NCBI GenBank assembly: GCA_044220955.1
Contig: JBGAQA010000030.1
Location: 1 to 64,000 of the forward strand
Length of the DNA: 64,000 nucleotides
Direction of reading: 5' to 3'
Source of the DNA: Sandaracinaceae bacterium
GTDB lineage: Bacteria; Myxococcota_A; Polyangia; Polyangiales; Sandaracinaceae
The notes below the pieces were generated by a model that did no database searches, was not told the DNA's origin, and saw nothing but the letters and a program-made list of their open reading frames with translations. The position numbers were made by a program, and so were the translations under genes. Of this stretch, positions 46,390 through 58,308 are shown one piece after another; the first letter of the stretch is position 1; every line of letters begins with the position of its first letter.

Positions 46390-47349
46390 GTGACGCGCCT
46401 GGGACGACGGACCCTGATCGGCGGCGCCGCCGCGACGCTGGCGCTCGGCGCGCTCGGGTGCGCGCCGGAGGCCACCCGCCTCCGCGCGAGCGGCCGGCGC
46501 TCGCTGGTGTCGCGCGCGGTCGAGCAGCTCGTCGAGGCACGTCGCTCGGTCGACGGGGCCGGCGTCTCGCTCACCCGCCACACGGCGGCGGCGGCCCTCG
46601 AGGCGCTCGACCCCTTCGTGTTGCTCGACGAGATCCACTCGAGCGACCCCGCCGACTACGCGCGCGGTTTCCCGAGCCACCCGCACCGCGGCTTCGAGAC
46701 CGTGTCGATCATGCTGTCCGGCCGCTTCCGTCATCGCGACAGCCACGGCGGCGGCGGCGTGGTCGTGCCGGGCGGCGCGCAGTGGATGACGGCGGGCAGC
46801 GGCATCGTGCACAGCGAGATGCCCGAGACGGATCCCGCGGGCGACACGGAGCTCTGGGGCTTTCAGCTCTGGGTCAACCTCCCCCGCGCGCAGAAGTGGC
46901 AGGCGCCAGGCTACCAGGAGCTCGGCGCCGAGCGCATGGGCGAGGTCACGCTCGATCGCGGAGGACAGCTGCGGGTGATCGCGGGCGAGCTGCTCGGCGC
47001 GCGGGGGCCGGTGGCGCCGCGCACGACCGAGCCCGTCCTGGCCACGCTGCGTCTCGGCGCCGGCGACGACGTGGAGCTCCGTCTGCCGCGCGAGCACGCG
47101 GCGTTCGTCCTGGCCGCCGAGGGGTCGCCGGCCATCGGGCCCCGCTCCGAGAGGGTCCCCGAGGGCGCCCTCGCGAAGCTGACCCCGGGCGAGCTCGTCA
47201 GGGTGCGCTCGGACGCCGGGGCGCAGCTGCTCGTCCTCGCCGGCGCCCCGATCCGCGAGCCGATCGCGCACGGCGGCCCCTTCGTGATGAACACCGAGCG
47301 AGAGATCGAGCAGGCGTTCGCCGACTACCGCGCCGGTCGCCTCGGATAG
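46390..47349 (+). CDS. Pirin family protein with N-terminal Tat/lipoprotein-like signal
   Basis: DPFVLLDE, GFPSHPHRGFETV, QWMTAGSGIVHSEMP, FQLWVNLP and GPFVMNT; N-terminus RRTLIGG...ALGC. Confidence 0.88.
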   Translation: MTRLGRRTLIGGAAATLALGALGCAPEATRLRASGRRSLVSRAVEQLVEARRSVDGAGVSLTRHTAAAALEALDPFVLLDEIHSSDPADYARGFPSHPHRGFETVSIMLSGRFRHRDSHGGGGVVVPGGAQWMTAGSGIVHSEMPETDPAGDTELWGFQLWVNLPRAQKWQAPGYQELGAERMGEVTLDRGGQLRVIAGELLGARGPVAPRTTEPVLATLRLGAGDDVELRLPREHAAFVLAAEGSPAIGPRSERVPEGALAKLTPGELVRVRSDAGAQLLVLAGAPIREPIAHGGPFVMNTEREIEQAFADYRAGRLG

Positions 47350-47378
47350 GGCGTCTCGGATAGTCTGCATCCGCCCAG

Positions 47379-48593
47379 ATGCGGAACATCGTCTTCGTCG
47401 CACCCTTCCCGCTCGAGACCACCATGCGCTTCGCGCGCGCCGCCGCGAAGCTGAAGGACGTCCGATTCCTCGGCGTCTTGCAGGAGGAGCCGAAGGGCCG
47501 CGATCGCAAGATGTTCGACGACGTCGTGACCGTGAAGGACGGTCTCGACACCAAGCAGCTCGCGCGCGCGATCGAGGCGCTGCGGAAGAAGTACGGACGC
47601 CCGGAGCGCATCCTGGGGATCCTGGAGCCGCTCCAGGTGCAGCTCGCCGAGCTGCGGGCCCACTTCGAGGTGCCGGGGACGGACCCGCGCACCGCGGATC
47701 TGTTCCGCGACAAGGCGCGCATGAAGGACGCGCTGCGCGCCGCCGGCCTGCCGGTCGCGCGTCACAAGGTGCTCACGACCTTCGGCGAGGGGCAGGCGTT
47801 CGCGCGCGAGGTCGGCTACCCGATCGTGCTCAAGCCCCCGGCGGGCATGGGCGCGAAGGCGACCTTCCGCGTCACCGACGACGGGGCGCTGAAGGGCGCG
47901 CTCGAGTCCATGCGGGTCTCGGACGCGAGCCCGATGCTCGCCGAGGAGTTCCTGCGCGGGGAGGAGTTCAGCTTCGAGACGATCACGACGGGCGGCGAGG
48001 TCCGTTTCCACTCGCTCAGCAGGTACCTGCCGAGCTGTCTCGAGGTGCTCGAGAACCCGTGGATCCAGTGGTGCTGCGTCCTGCCCCGCGACATCGGCGG
48101 GGCGGAGTGGAACGAGCCCAAGCGCATCGGGCACGCGGCCGTGAAGGCCCTCGGTCTCGACGACGGCTTCACCCACATGGAGTGGTTCCGCCGGCAGGAC
48201 GGCTCGCTCGCGATCGGCGAGATCGCGCAGCGGCCTCCAGGCGCGAACATCACCCTGATGACCGGGCTCGCGCACGACTTCGACCCGTACCGCGCCTGGG
48301 CACGCGCGGTCGTCGATCGCGCTTTCGACGGTCCCTACGAGCGAAAGTACGCCGTCGGCTGCGCCTACCTGCGCGGCGCCGGGCGGGGCCGGATCGTCCG
48401 CGTGGAGAACGCCGACGCGGTGAACAAGAAGATCGGGAAGTACGTGGAAGAGGCCAAGCTGCCGACGCCCGGCGCGCCGAAGAGCGACAGCTACGAGGGC
48501 GACGGCTTCGCGGTGGTGCGCGACCGCGACACGAAGACGGTCGAGGACGTGCTGAAGTACGTCATCGAGAACCTGCGCGTCGTGTACGCCTGA
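47379..48593 (+). CDS. ATP-grasp domain protein
   Basis: FRDKARMK, YPIVLKP..G.GA, AEEFL.GEE, THMEWF and EIAQRPPG motifs. Confidence 0.87.
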   Translation: MRNIVFVAPFPLETTMRFARAAAKLKDVRFLGVLQEEPKGRDRKMFDDVVTVKDGLDTKQLARAIEALRKKYGRPERILGILEPLQVQLAELRAHFEVPGTDPRTADLFRDKARMKDALRAAGLPVARHKVLTTFGEGQAFAREVGYPIVLKPPAGMGAKATFRVTDDGALKGALESMRVSDASPMLAEEFLRGEEFSFETITTGGEVRFHSLSRYLPSCLEVLENPWIQWCCVLPRDIGGAEWNEPKRIGHAAVKALGLDDGFTHMEWFRRQDGSLAIGEIAQRPPGANITLMTGLAHDFDPYRAWARAVVDRAFDGPYERKYAVGCAYLRGAGRGRIVRVENADAVNKKIGKYVEEAKLPTPGAPKSDSYEGDGFAVVRDRDTKTVEDVLKYVIENLRVVYA

Positions 48594-48636
48594 GCGTCGG
48601 CAGCCGACCCGATACGGACTTGCAGCGCCCCTCAGT

Positions 48637-48651
48637 TGATAGTAACTATCA
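48637..48651. promoter_or_regulatory. Fur-box-like operator
   Basis: Perfect 7-1-7 palindrome TGATAGT-A-ACTATCA in an AT-rich patch upstream of the iron-uptake genes; weaker second copy TGAGAGTCAGAATCA at 48663-48677. Confidence 0.8.
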
Positions 48652-48713
48652 TTTACTCGTACTGAGAGTCAGAATCAGGCAGTCCGCGCTGCATCCATTT
48701 CGGAGGAGTCCCC

Positions 48714-49943
48714 GTGAAACGCACCCCCTCGTCGGTCCTCTCCCTCGCCGCGCTCGCGCTCGCGTCGTGCGGCACGCCTGCCGACACGCTCTCCGACGGC
48801 CGTCCCGTGCTCGAGGACTACGCGGCGATCCTGCACGCCGAGTACGACGACGCGCGCATCGACGCGCTCGATCTGCGCACGAGCGCGCAGCCGCTCTTCG
48901 CCTCGGGGACGAGCGCGAGCGCCGCGGCGCTCACCGGCGCGCGCGACGCGTGGCGGGACGCTCGCGTCACGTACATGCAGACCGAGGCTGCGCGCTTCTA
49001 CGGCGGGCCGATCGCGGACCACTCCGCCTACACGAACGAGTGGCCGATCGACGAGGCGCAGATCGACTACGTCGCGGGAACCGGCGGCGCGCCGAGCTTC
49101 GGAGGCATCGTGAACATGCCGTCCGCGGTCCCGACGATCGACGCGGCGGCGCTCCGTGACGCGAACCTCCCGACGGGATCCGAGACGGTCACCGTCGGCT
49201 TCCACGCCATCGAGTTCCTGCTCTGGGGCCAGGATCTGCGCGCGGACGGCGCCGGCGATCGTCTGCACACCGACTTCGTCGATGGAATGCAGATGAACGC
49301 CGACCGACGCCGGGCGTACCTCGACGTCACGACCCAGATGCTCGTGGGCGAGCTGACGGCGGTGCGCGACGCGTGGGCGCCAGGCGCGAGCAACTACCGC
49401 GCGGAGTTCGTCGCGCTCGAGCCGCGCGAGGGCGTGCACCGCATCCTCATCGGCCTCATCCGCTTGCTCGGCGGCGAGATCGGTGACGACCGAATCCTGC
49501 CGGCGTACACCGACAAACTGCAGGAGGACGAGCACTCCTGCTTCAGCGACAACACGAGCGCCGACCTGCTCAACGACGTGCAGGGCGCGGTGAACGTGTA
49601 CGAGGGGCAGTACACGCGGACCGACGGAACGGTGGTCGGTGGCCACGGGCTGTCCGACCTCGTGCGCGCGCGCGACGCGGCGCTCGACGCGCGTGTCCGC
49701 GCCGCGCTCCAGGCCGTGCTCACGCACCTGGCGGCGTGGCCGACGACGGCCTCCTGCCCGAGCGCGACCCTTCAGGGCATGTGTCCCTTCGATCAGCTCT
49801 TCCTCGGCGTCGACAGCGATCCGGGGCGCATCGCGATGTGGCAGGTGCACACGGAGCTCGAGGATCTCGCGGCCCTGCTGCAGACCGACGTCGCCGCCAC
49901 GCTGGGCGTCACGATCACGCCGGCGGATCTCTCGAACGACTGA
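48714..49943 (+). CDS. Imelysin family iron-regulated lipoprotein (IrpA/IcmP-like)
   Basis: Lipobox LASC; NEWPIDEAQIDYV, GFHAIEFLLWGQD and EDEHSCFSDNT motifs. Confidence 0.9.
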   Translation: MKRTPSSVLSLAALALASCGTPADTLSDGRPVLEDYAAILHAEYDDARIDALDLRTSAQPLFASGTSASAAALTGARDAWRDARVTYMQTEAARFYGGPIADHSAYTNEWPIDEAQIDYVAGTGGAPSFGGIVNMPSAVPTIDAAALRDANLPTGSETVTVGFHAIEFLLWGQDLRADGAGDRLHTDFVDGMQMNADRRRAYLDVTTQMLVGELTAVRDAWAPGASNYRAEFVALEPREGVHRILIGLIRLLGGEIGDDRILPAYTDKLQEDEHSCFSDNTSADLLNDVQGAVNVYEGQYTRTDGTVVGGHGLSDLVRARDAALDARVRAALQAVLTHLAAWPTTASCPSATLQGMCPFDQLFLGVDSDPGRIAMWQVHTELEDLAALLQTDVAATLGVTITPADLSND

Positions 49944-51313
49944 TGCGTCGGCGTCTCGCGGCGCTCGGAGCCCCGTTGCTCGCGTCGAGCCTCGTCGCGG
50001 CGTGCGCGGCGACGGCGCCCTCCCTCGACCCGGGTGAGTCGATGCCCGGCGGGGGCGCGACGACGCAAGACGCGTCGCGCGCGGCGCTCGAGCACGAGGT
50101 GCTCGGGCTCGACGAGGCGCAGCACGCGGCGTTCGTCGTCGGCGACAGCTTCACCACGCACGACTGGGTGAGCGCGCCGGCGTCGGCTTCCTCCCGCGAC
50201 GGCCTCGGTCCGCTCTACAACGCCACGCGCTGCAGCGCCTGTCACGCGCGGAGCGGCCGCGGCCGACCCGCCGACGAGGGCGGCGAGATGCTCTCGTCGC
50301 TGGTGCGGCTCAGCGTGGCCGGCGCGGACGCCGAGCCGACCTACGGCGCGCAGCTCCAGACGCGCGCGATCCTCGGCGTCCCGCCGGAGGCCGCGACCCT
50401 CACGCGCTGGATCGAGACGCGAGGCGCGTTCGCCGACGGCACACCGCTCTCGATGCGCGCGCCGCGCGTGGACATCGTCTCTCTGGCCTATGGGCCGATG
50501 GCCGAGGCCACGCTCGTGTCGGTGCGGACGGCGCCCGCGCTGGTCGGGCTCGGCTTGCTCGAGGCGATCCCCGACGCGGCGCTCCTCGCGAACGAGGATC
50601 CGGACGACGCGGATCACGACGGGATCTCGGGGCGCGCGAGCCGCGTGTGGGACGCCGAGCGCGGGGCGTGGCGCCTCGGGCGCTTCGGGTGGAAGGCCTC
50701 GATGCCCGACGTGCGCACGCAGACGGCGGCCGCGCTCGCCGGGGACATGGGGATCACGTCCGTGGCCGTGGGAGCGCAGCCCTGCACGGAAGCGCAGCGC
50801 GAGTGCGCGGCGGCCCCGGACGGAGGCGAGCACGAGGCGAGCGACCTGGTGCTCGACGCCATCACGCTCTACCAGCGCGCCCGCGAGGTGCCCGCGCGGC
50901 GCGACGCGTCGGACGCGCGCGTTCTGCGCGGTCGCGAGCTCTTCCACGCCGCTCAGTGTGCGAGCTGCCACGTGCCCTCGTTCGTCACCGGCCCGAGCGA
51001 CGTCGCTGCGCTCGCGGGCCAGCAGGTCTGGCCCTACACGGACCTCTTGCTCCACGACATGGGAGAAGGTCTCGCCGACGGGCGCCCGGACCACGCCGCG
51101 ACCGGCCGCGAGTGGCGGACGCCCCCGCTGTGGGCGGTGGGCCTGGCCGAGGTCGTGTCGGGCGAGGCCTTCTACCTGCACGACGGGCGTGCCCGCGACG
51201 TGACGGAGGCGATCCTGTGGCACGACGGCGAGGCCGAGGCCGCACGTGAGGCTTTCGTCACGATGAGCGCGAGCGATCGCGACGCGCTCGTGCGATTCGT
51301 TCGTTCCCTCTAG
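49943..51313 (+). CDS. Di-heme oxidoreductase (DHOR/DUF1111) family lipoprotein
   Basis: GLGPLYNA..CSACH, GRFGWKA, CASCH, PYTDLLLHDMG, WRTPPLW and LHDGRAR motifs. Confidence 0.92.
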   Translation: MRRRLAALGAPLLASSLVAACAATAPSLDPGESMPGGGATTQDASRAALEHEVLGLDEAQHAAFVVGDSFTTHDWVSAPASASSRDGLGPLYNATRCSACHARSGRGRPADEGGEMLSSLVRLSVAGADAEPTYGAQLQTRAILGVPPEAATLTRWIETRGAFADGTPLSMRAPRVDIVSLAYGPMAEATLVSVRTAPALVGLGLLEAIPDAALLANEDPDDADHDGISGRASRVWDAERGAWRLGRFGWKASMPDVRTQTAAALAGDMGITSVAVGAQPCTEAQRECAAAPDGGEHEASDLVLDAITLYQRAREVPARRDASDARVLRGRELFHAAQCASCHVPSFVTGPSDVAALAGQQVWPYTDLLLHDMGEGLADGRPDHAATGREWRTPPLWAVGLAEVVSGEAFYLHDGRARDVTEAILWHDGEAEAAREAFVTMSASDRDALVRFVRSL

Positions 51314-51337
51314 CCTTCTTCGTCTCGAGGTCCTCCG

Positions 51338-52449
51338 ATGCGCCGTACCGTCCTCTTCCTCGCCCTCTCGCTCTCGACCGCGGCGTCGCTCGCTTGCCCC
51401 GGCTGTGACGGGCCGAGCTACCCGCCCTACGATCGAGGCGCGCTGCTGCGGGAGACCGCCGACATGGTCATCCTGCCCGGCATCGCCGCGTCCCGGGCGA
51501 GCGCGGCCGACCTGCACACCAGCGTCGGGGCGCTCTGTGCGGCGCCCGACGCAGGCCGGCTCACGGCCGCGCGCGAGGCCTGGACGACGGCCTTCCTCGC
51601 GTGGCGATCGACGACCGCGTACCACTTCGGCCCGGCGCGCGACATGAACCTCGGGCCCGAGCTCGCCACCTGGCCGACCAACGTGACCGCCATCGAGGCC
51701 AACGTCGCGGCGACGGACGCGATCGACGCGCACTACGTCGATGCGCTGGGGGCGGGGAGCAAGGGGCTCTCCGCGCTCGAGTACCTCCTCTTCGCGTACC
51801 CCGGGTACACCGCGCGCGACGACGCGATGACGCTGGCCGCCCTGGGCGAGACGCGGCGCTGCGCATATGCGGTGGCGCTCGCCGACCACGTCGAGCGTGT
51901 CACCGGGCAGCTCGAGACGGCGTGGAGCGCGGGGGGCGGCAACTACGTCGGGACGTTCGTGAACGCCGGCAACGCTGGCAACACGAGCTTCACCTCCCAG
52001 CAGGCGGCGGTCGACGCGCTCGTCAGCCAGATCCGCGAGGCCGTCGAGCGCACCAAGGTCGACCGGATCGGAAAGCCGCTCGGCCGGACCGTGGCGACGG
52101 GCGGCGTGGAGTCGCCCTACGCCCACGTCTCGGTCGCCTCGATGCAGGCCTGCGTCGACGGCGCGCACGACGCGTGGACGATCGCCCCCCACAGCCCGGA
52201 CGCGTTCCTGCGCACCCGCAACGCGGCCTTGGCCGACGAGGTTCTCGGCCAGTTCGCGGCGGCCTCGACGGCGCTGGCGGCCCTCGAGACGCCCCCCCTC
52301 ACGCCCGAGTGGGAGTCGTACGTGAGCGGAGCCGATCACGCGGCGGGCAACGCGGCGTACGACGCGCTCGGGCTGCTCGAGCGGACGCTCGCCGGCGACG
52401 TGGCAGCGACGCTCGGCGTCAGCATCGTGTCGGCCGCCGACGGGGACTG

Positions 52450-52450
<1 letters not shown>
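51338..52450 (+). CDS. Second imelysin family lipoprotein
   Basis: AAREAW, FGP...WP, KGLSALEYLLF, ESPYA and C-terminal LGV....DGD. Confidence 0.85.
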
Positions 52451-54759
<2,309 letters not shown>

Positions 54760-54764
54760 GCGAC

Positions 54765-56078
54765 ATGAAACACGCGCGGCAGTGGCTCGGCGAGCGCGTC
54801 CCGGGCTGCTCGCTCGCGGCGCTGCGCATCGCGTTCGGCGTGCTCATGCTCGTCGCGACGATCCGCTTCGCGGCGATGGGCTGGATCGACTCGCTCTTCG
54901 TCGAGCCCTCGTTCCACTTCACCTACTTCGGCTTCGGTTGGGTCCACCCGTGGCCTGCCCCGTGGCTCCACGTGCACTTCGCGCTCCTCGGGCTCGCCGC
55001 GCTCTGCGTGGCGCTCGGCCTCCTGCACCGCGTCTCGACGATCGCGTTCGTGCTCCTGTTCGGCTACGTCGAGCTCCTCGACGTCACGACCTACCTCAAC
55101 CACTACTACGCGATCACGCTCGTCGGGATCCTCCTGGCCTGCACGCCCGCGGCGAACGTGATGTCCGTCGACGCGTGGCTGGCGCGCCGCCGCGGCGTCC
55201 CGCTCCCGCCCGACGTCCCGCGCGCGGCGGTGTTCGTCTTCCAGGCTCAGCTCGGGATCATCTACTTCTTCGCGGGCGTCGCGAAGCTCGGGCAGGACTG
55301 GCTCCTGCACGCCGAGCCCCTCGCGACGTGGCTGCTCGCGCGCAGCGACCTGCCGGTCGTCGGGCCCTGGCTCGGCCAGCGCTGGGTCGCCTTCGCGATG
55401 AGCTGGGCAGGCGCTGCGTTCGACCTGACGATCCCGCTCTGGCTCTCGCTCCCGCGCACGCGCCCACTCTCGTACGCGGTCGTCGTCGTGTTCCACGTCG
55501 CGACGGGCCTGCTCTTCCCGATCGGCATGTTCCCCTGGGTGATGATCGGGCTCACCCCGATCTTCTTCGCGCCCGACTGGCCCTCGCGCGGCGCGGCGGC
55601 CACCACGCCGAGCGCACCGCTGCCGCGCGGATGGACGGTCGCGCTCGCCGCATGGCTCGTCGTTCAGGTCGCGATGCCGCTCCGCCACCACCTCTACGCC
55701 GGCGACGTGCTCCAGACCGAAGAGGGCTTCCGCTACGCGTGGTACGTGATGATCGTGGAGCGCCAGGGCCTGACCTCGTTCCGCGTGGTCGACGACGCCG
55801 GGCGCGCGCGCGACCAGGCGCCCGACGACCTCACGCCGCTCCAGCGCCGGATGATGGCGACCCAGCCGGATCTCATCCTCGAGTACGCGCATCACCTGCG
55901 GGACCGGCACGCCGCCCGGGGCGAGCACGTGCGCGTCTACGCCGATGCGTTCGTCTCCACGAACGGCCGCCGGCGGCGCCGGCTGGTCGATCCCGACGTC
56001 GACCTCGCCGCGCGAGAGGACTCCATCTTCGGCTTCGACTGGGTGCTGACCGAAGACGACCCGCGGGGCGCCGACTGA
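54765..56078 (+). CDS. HTTM domain / vitamin K-dependent gamma-carboxylase-like membrane protein
   Basis: LRIAFG, TYLNHYY, IYFFAGVAKL..DWL, FH......F.IGMFP, EEGFRYAW.VM and QPDLILEYAH motifs. Confidence 0.9.
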   Translation: MKHARQWLGERVPGCSLAALRIAFGVLMLVATIRFAAMGWIDSLFVEPSFHFTYFGFGWVHPWPAPWLHVHFALLGLAALCVALGLLHRVSTIAFVLLFGYVELLDVTTYLNHYYAITLVGILLACTPAANVMSVDAWLARRRGVPLPPDVPRAAVFVFQAQLGIIYFFAGVAKLGQDWLLHAEPLATWLLARSDLPVVGPWLGQRWVAFAMSWAGAAFDLTIPLWLSLPRTRPLSYAVVVVFHVATGLLFPIGMFPWVMIGLTPIFFAPDWPSRGAAATTPSAPLPRGWTVALAAWLVVQVAMPLRHHLYAGDVLQTEEGFRYAWYVMIVERQGLTSFRVVDDAGRARDQAPDDLTPLQRRMMATQPDLILEYAHHLRDRHAARGEHVRVYADAFVSTNGRRRRRLVDPDVDLAAREDSIFGFDWVLTEDDPRGAD

Positions 56079-56288
56079 CTCTTCAGCGGGCGTGAGCCGC
56101 TCAGGGTTCTGCACATCTCGACGTCGCCCTGTTTTCTCGGGACGTTCTCGGCTCCCCCGTCGAAGGGGTCGAACGGGGACAGGCTCGGGGTGAGGGGCGG
56201 CAGCGCTCGAAGGCGTCCGTCCGAGCACGTCGGCGCCCGTGGACGCCTCCGCCTCGACGGGCGCCCGCGCGTCCGGTAGGCATCGCGC

Positions 56289-57320
56289 GTGGCCGACCCC
56301 CTCGACCCGATCCTGGAGCGCGCGCTGGCCCGGCTCCGCGCGCCAGAGAGCGCAGCGCTCGACGGGCTCGTCGATCTCCTGATCGACGCCGCCCTGGCCC
56401 GCCCCATCGCTGCGGCCCTCGATCCGGAGCGGGCGGTCGCGCTCGCCGTGAGCGTCGTGGAGGCCGAGCGCGTGGAGAGGGCGCTCGCGACGCTCGTCCG
56501 GCCCGCCTGGGACCGGCAGCGCGCGCTGCTCACCGCGCGCGGAGATCGCGTCGGCGACTGGCTCCCGGAGGGCGGCCGGGCGCTCCTCGACGAGGTGCTC
56601 GCGGGGGCCAAGCTCCCGCGCGGCGAGTGGGCGCGCGGCCTCGTCGACAGCGCGGACGTGCGCGAGCTCATCCGGCCCGTGCTCCAGGACACGCTGCTCG
56701 CCTTCGCGCGCAAGCTGCCGCTCGTCGGCACCGCGAGCGAGGCCGAGGGACCCGCGCGCGCGGCGGGCAAGCTCTTCGGCATGGCGCGCGAGCTGGCGGA
56801 CAAGGCCGGCGAGCGCGCCGGCAAGCTGGCCGATCTCGGGCGCGGCGTCCTCGGCGGGATCGGCGGCGAGATGGAGAAGCGCATCCACACCGCCGCGCGC
56901 GACTTCAGCCACGGCGCCTTCGAGCCGCTCGAGGCCTCGTTCGTGGCGCGCCTGCGCTCGGACGAGGGCCAGGCGATCCTCACGCGCATGCGCGCGCGCG
57001 CGATCGACCGACTCCTCGCCGCCGGCGCGGCCGACGTGCTGGCCGATCTCGACACGCTGCCTCGCGAGGCGCTCGACCGGCTCGTCGCGCGCGCCATCGC
57101 GTTCGGCGCCTCTCGCCCGGAGCTGGCCGAGATGCTGCGCGCCGAGGTCGCCGCGTTCGTGAAGGCGCACGAAGGAAGGACGGTCGGCGAGGTGCTCGAG
57201 GCGTGGTCGCTCCGCGCGATCGCCGTGACCGAGCTGCGGCGTGAGCTGCGCGCGATCGCCGGCGCGACGGCGGCCGGCCCCGGCGCCGAGGCGTGGCTGC
57301 GCGCGCTGCTCGCCGAGTGA
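56289..57320 (+). CDS. Hypothetical all-helical protein
   Basis: Long ORF with host-like codon usage; GTGA overlap with the next gene. Confidence 0.65.
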   Translation: MADPLDPILERALARLRAPESAALDGLVDLLIDAALARPIAAALDPERAVALAVSVVEAERVERALATLVRPAWDRQRALLTARGDRVGDWLPEGGRALLDEVLAGAKLPRGEWARGLVDSADVRELIRPVLQDTLLAFARKLPLVGTASEAEGPARAAGKLFGMARELADKAGERAGKLADLGRGVLGGIGGEMEKRIHTAARDFSHGAFEPLEASFVARLRSDEGQAILTRMRARAIDRLLAAGAADVLADLDTLPREALDRLVARAIAFGASRPELAEMLRAEVAAFVKAHEGRTVGEVLEAWSLRAIAVTELRRELRAIAGATAAGPGAEAWLRALLAE

Positions 57321-58195
57321 GGCGCTCGACCGCGGCTGCGCTCCTGCGCGCCGCGCGACCGCTCGCGCACGGCAACATCGCGCCACCGATCCTCTACGGA
57401 CAGGCGCTCGCGCTCGCGCTCACGGGACGCTTCACGTGGACGGGCTTCGCGCTCGCGCACGCGTTCGGGCTCGTCGACCACCTGCTCGTCGTCTTCGCCA
57501 ACGACTACGCCGACAAGGACGACGACGCCCGCAACGACTCGCCGACGCCCTTCTCGGGCGGCTCGCGCGTGCTGCCGGACGGCGAGCTTTCGCCGGGCAC
57601 GATCGGCGCGCTCGCGATCGGCTCGCTGAGCCTGCTCGCAGCGCTCTCGGTCGCGGCGTATCCCGCGGCGCACGCGCTCCCGATGCTCGCGCTGGCGGCG
57701 ATCGCGCTGATCGGCGGGTACAGCTACCCGCCGCTGCGCCTCTCCCATCGCGGCGGAGGCGAGCTCTTGCAGGGGCTCGGCGTCGGTGTCGTGCTGCCGC
57801 TCGTCGGCGTCGCGGCGCAGGGAGCGGCGCTCGAGCCGCGCGTGCTCGTCTGTCTCGCGCCGACGTTCGTCCTCGGCGTCGCCGGCAACGTGCTGACGTC
57901 GATCCCGGACGAGCGCGCGGACCGGGCCACGGCGAAGCGCTCGCCCGCGGCCCGCTGGGGCGGACCCGCGGCCCGCCGGGTGTCGGTCGCGCTCCACCTG
58001 GCCGCCATCGCGCTGGGCACGGCGATGGTCCCGACCGCGCTCGCCCCGCGCCTCGTGGTCGCCGCCGCAGCGGCCGTTCCGCAGGCGCTCGCGCTCGCGC
58101 GGCGCGACACCTCACCGCTCGCGTTCGTCGTCCTCGGCGGGCTCTCCGAGACCATCGCGCTCGTCGGCTGGAGCGCAGCCCTCGCGCTCGCGTGA
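57317..58195 (+). CDS. UbiA family prenyltransferase (MenA-like)
   Basis: ANDYAD...FSGGSR, YSYPPLRLSHRGGGE and IPDERAD...KRS motifs. Confidence 0.82.
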   Translation: MRRSTAAALLRAARPLAHGNIAPPILYGQALALALTGRFTWTGFALAHAFGLVDHLLVVFANDYADKDDDARNDSPTPFSGGSRVLPDGELSPGTIGALAIGSLSLLAALSVAAYPAAHALPMLALAAIALIGGYSYPPLRLSHRGGGELLQGLGVGVVLPLVGVAAQGAALEPRVLVCLAPTFVLGVAGNVLTSIPDERADRATAKRSPAARWGGPAARRVSVALHLAAIALGTAMVPTALAPRLVVAAAAAVPQALALARRDTSPLAFVVLGGLSETIALVGWSAALALA

Positions 58196-58308
58196 GTGCG
58201 TACGCGGCCCCGCCCTCCTCCGACTCGGCGCAAGACCGCCTGGGATCGCCGTCAGGGCGCGCGGGCGCGCCTTGACGCGCGAGGCCGGGCCGCAGACGAT
58301 CCTCGAGG

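Noticed and set aside
47379..48593. ATP-grasp enzyme as part of the Hxs peptide system
   Set aside because: Opposite strand, separated by unrelated genes, and no adjacent precursor seen.
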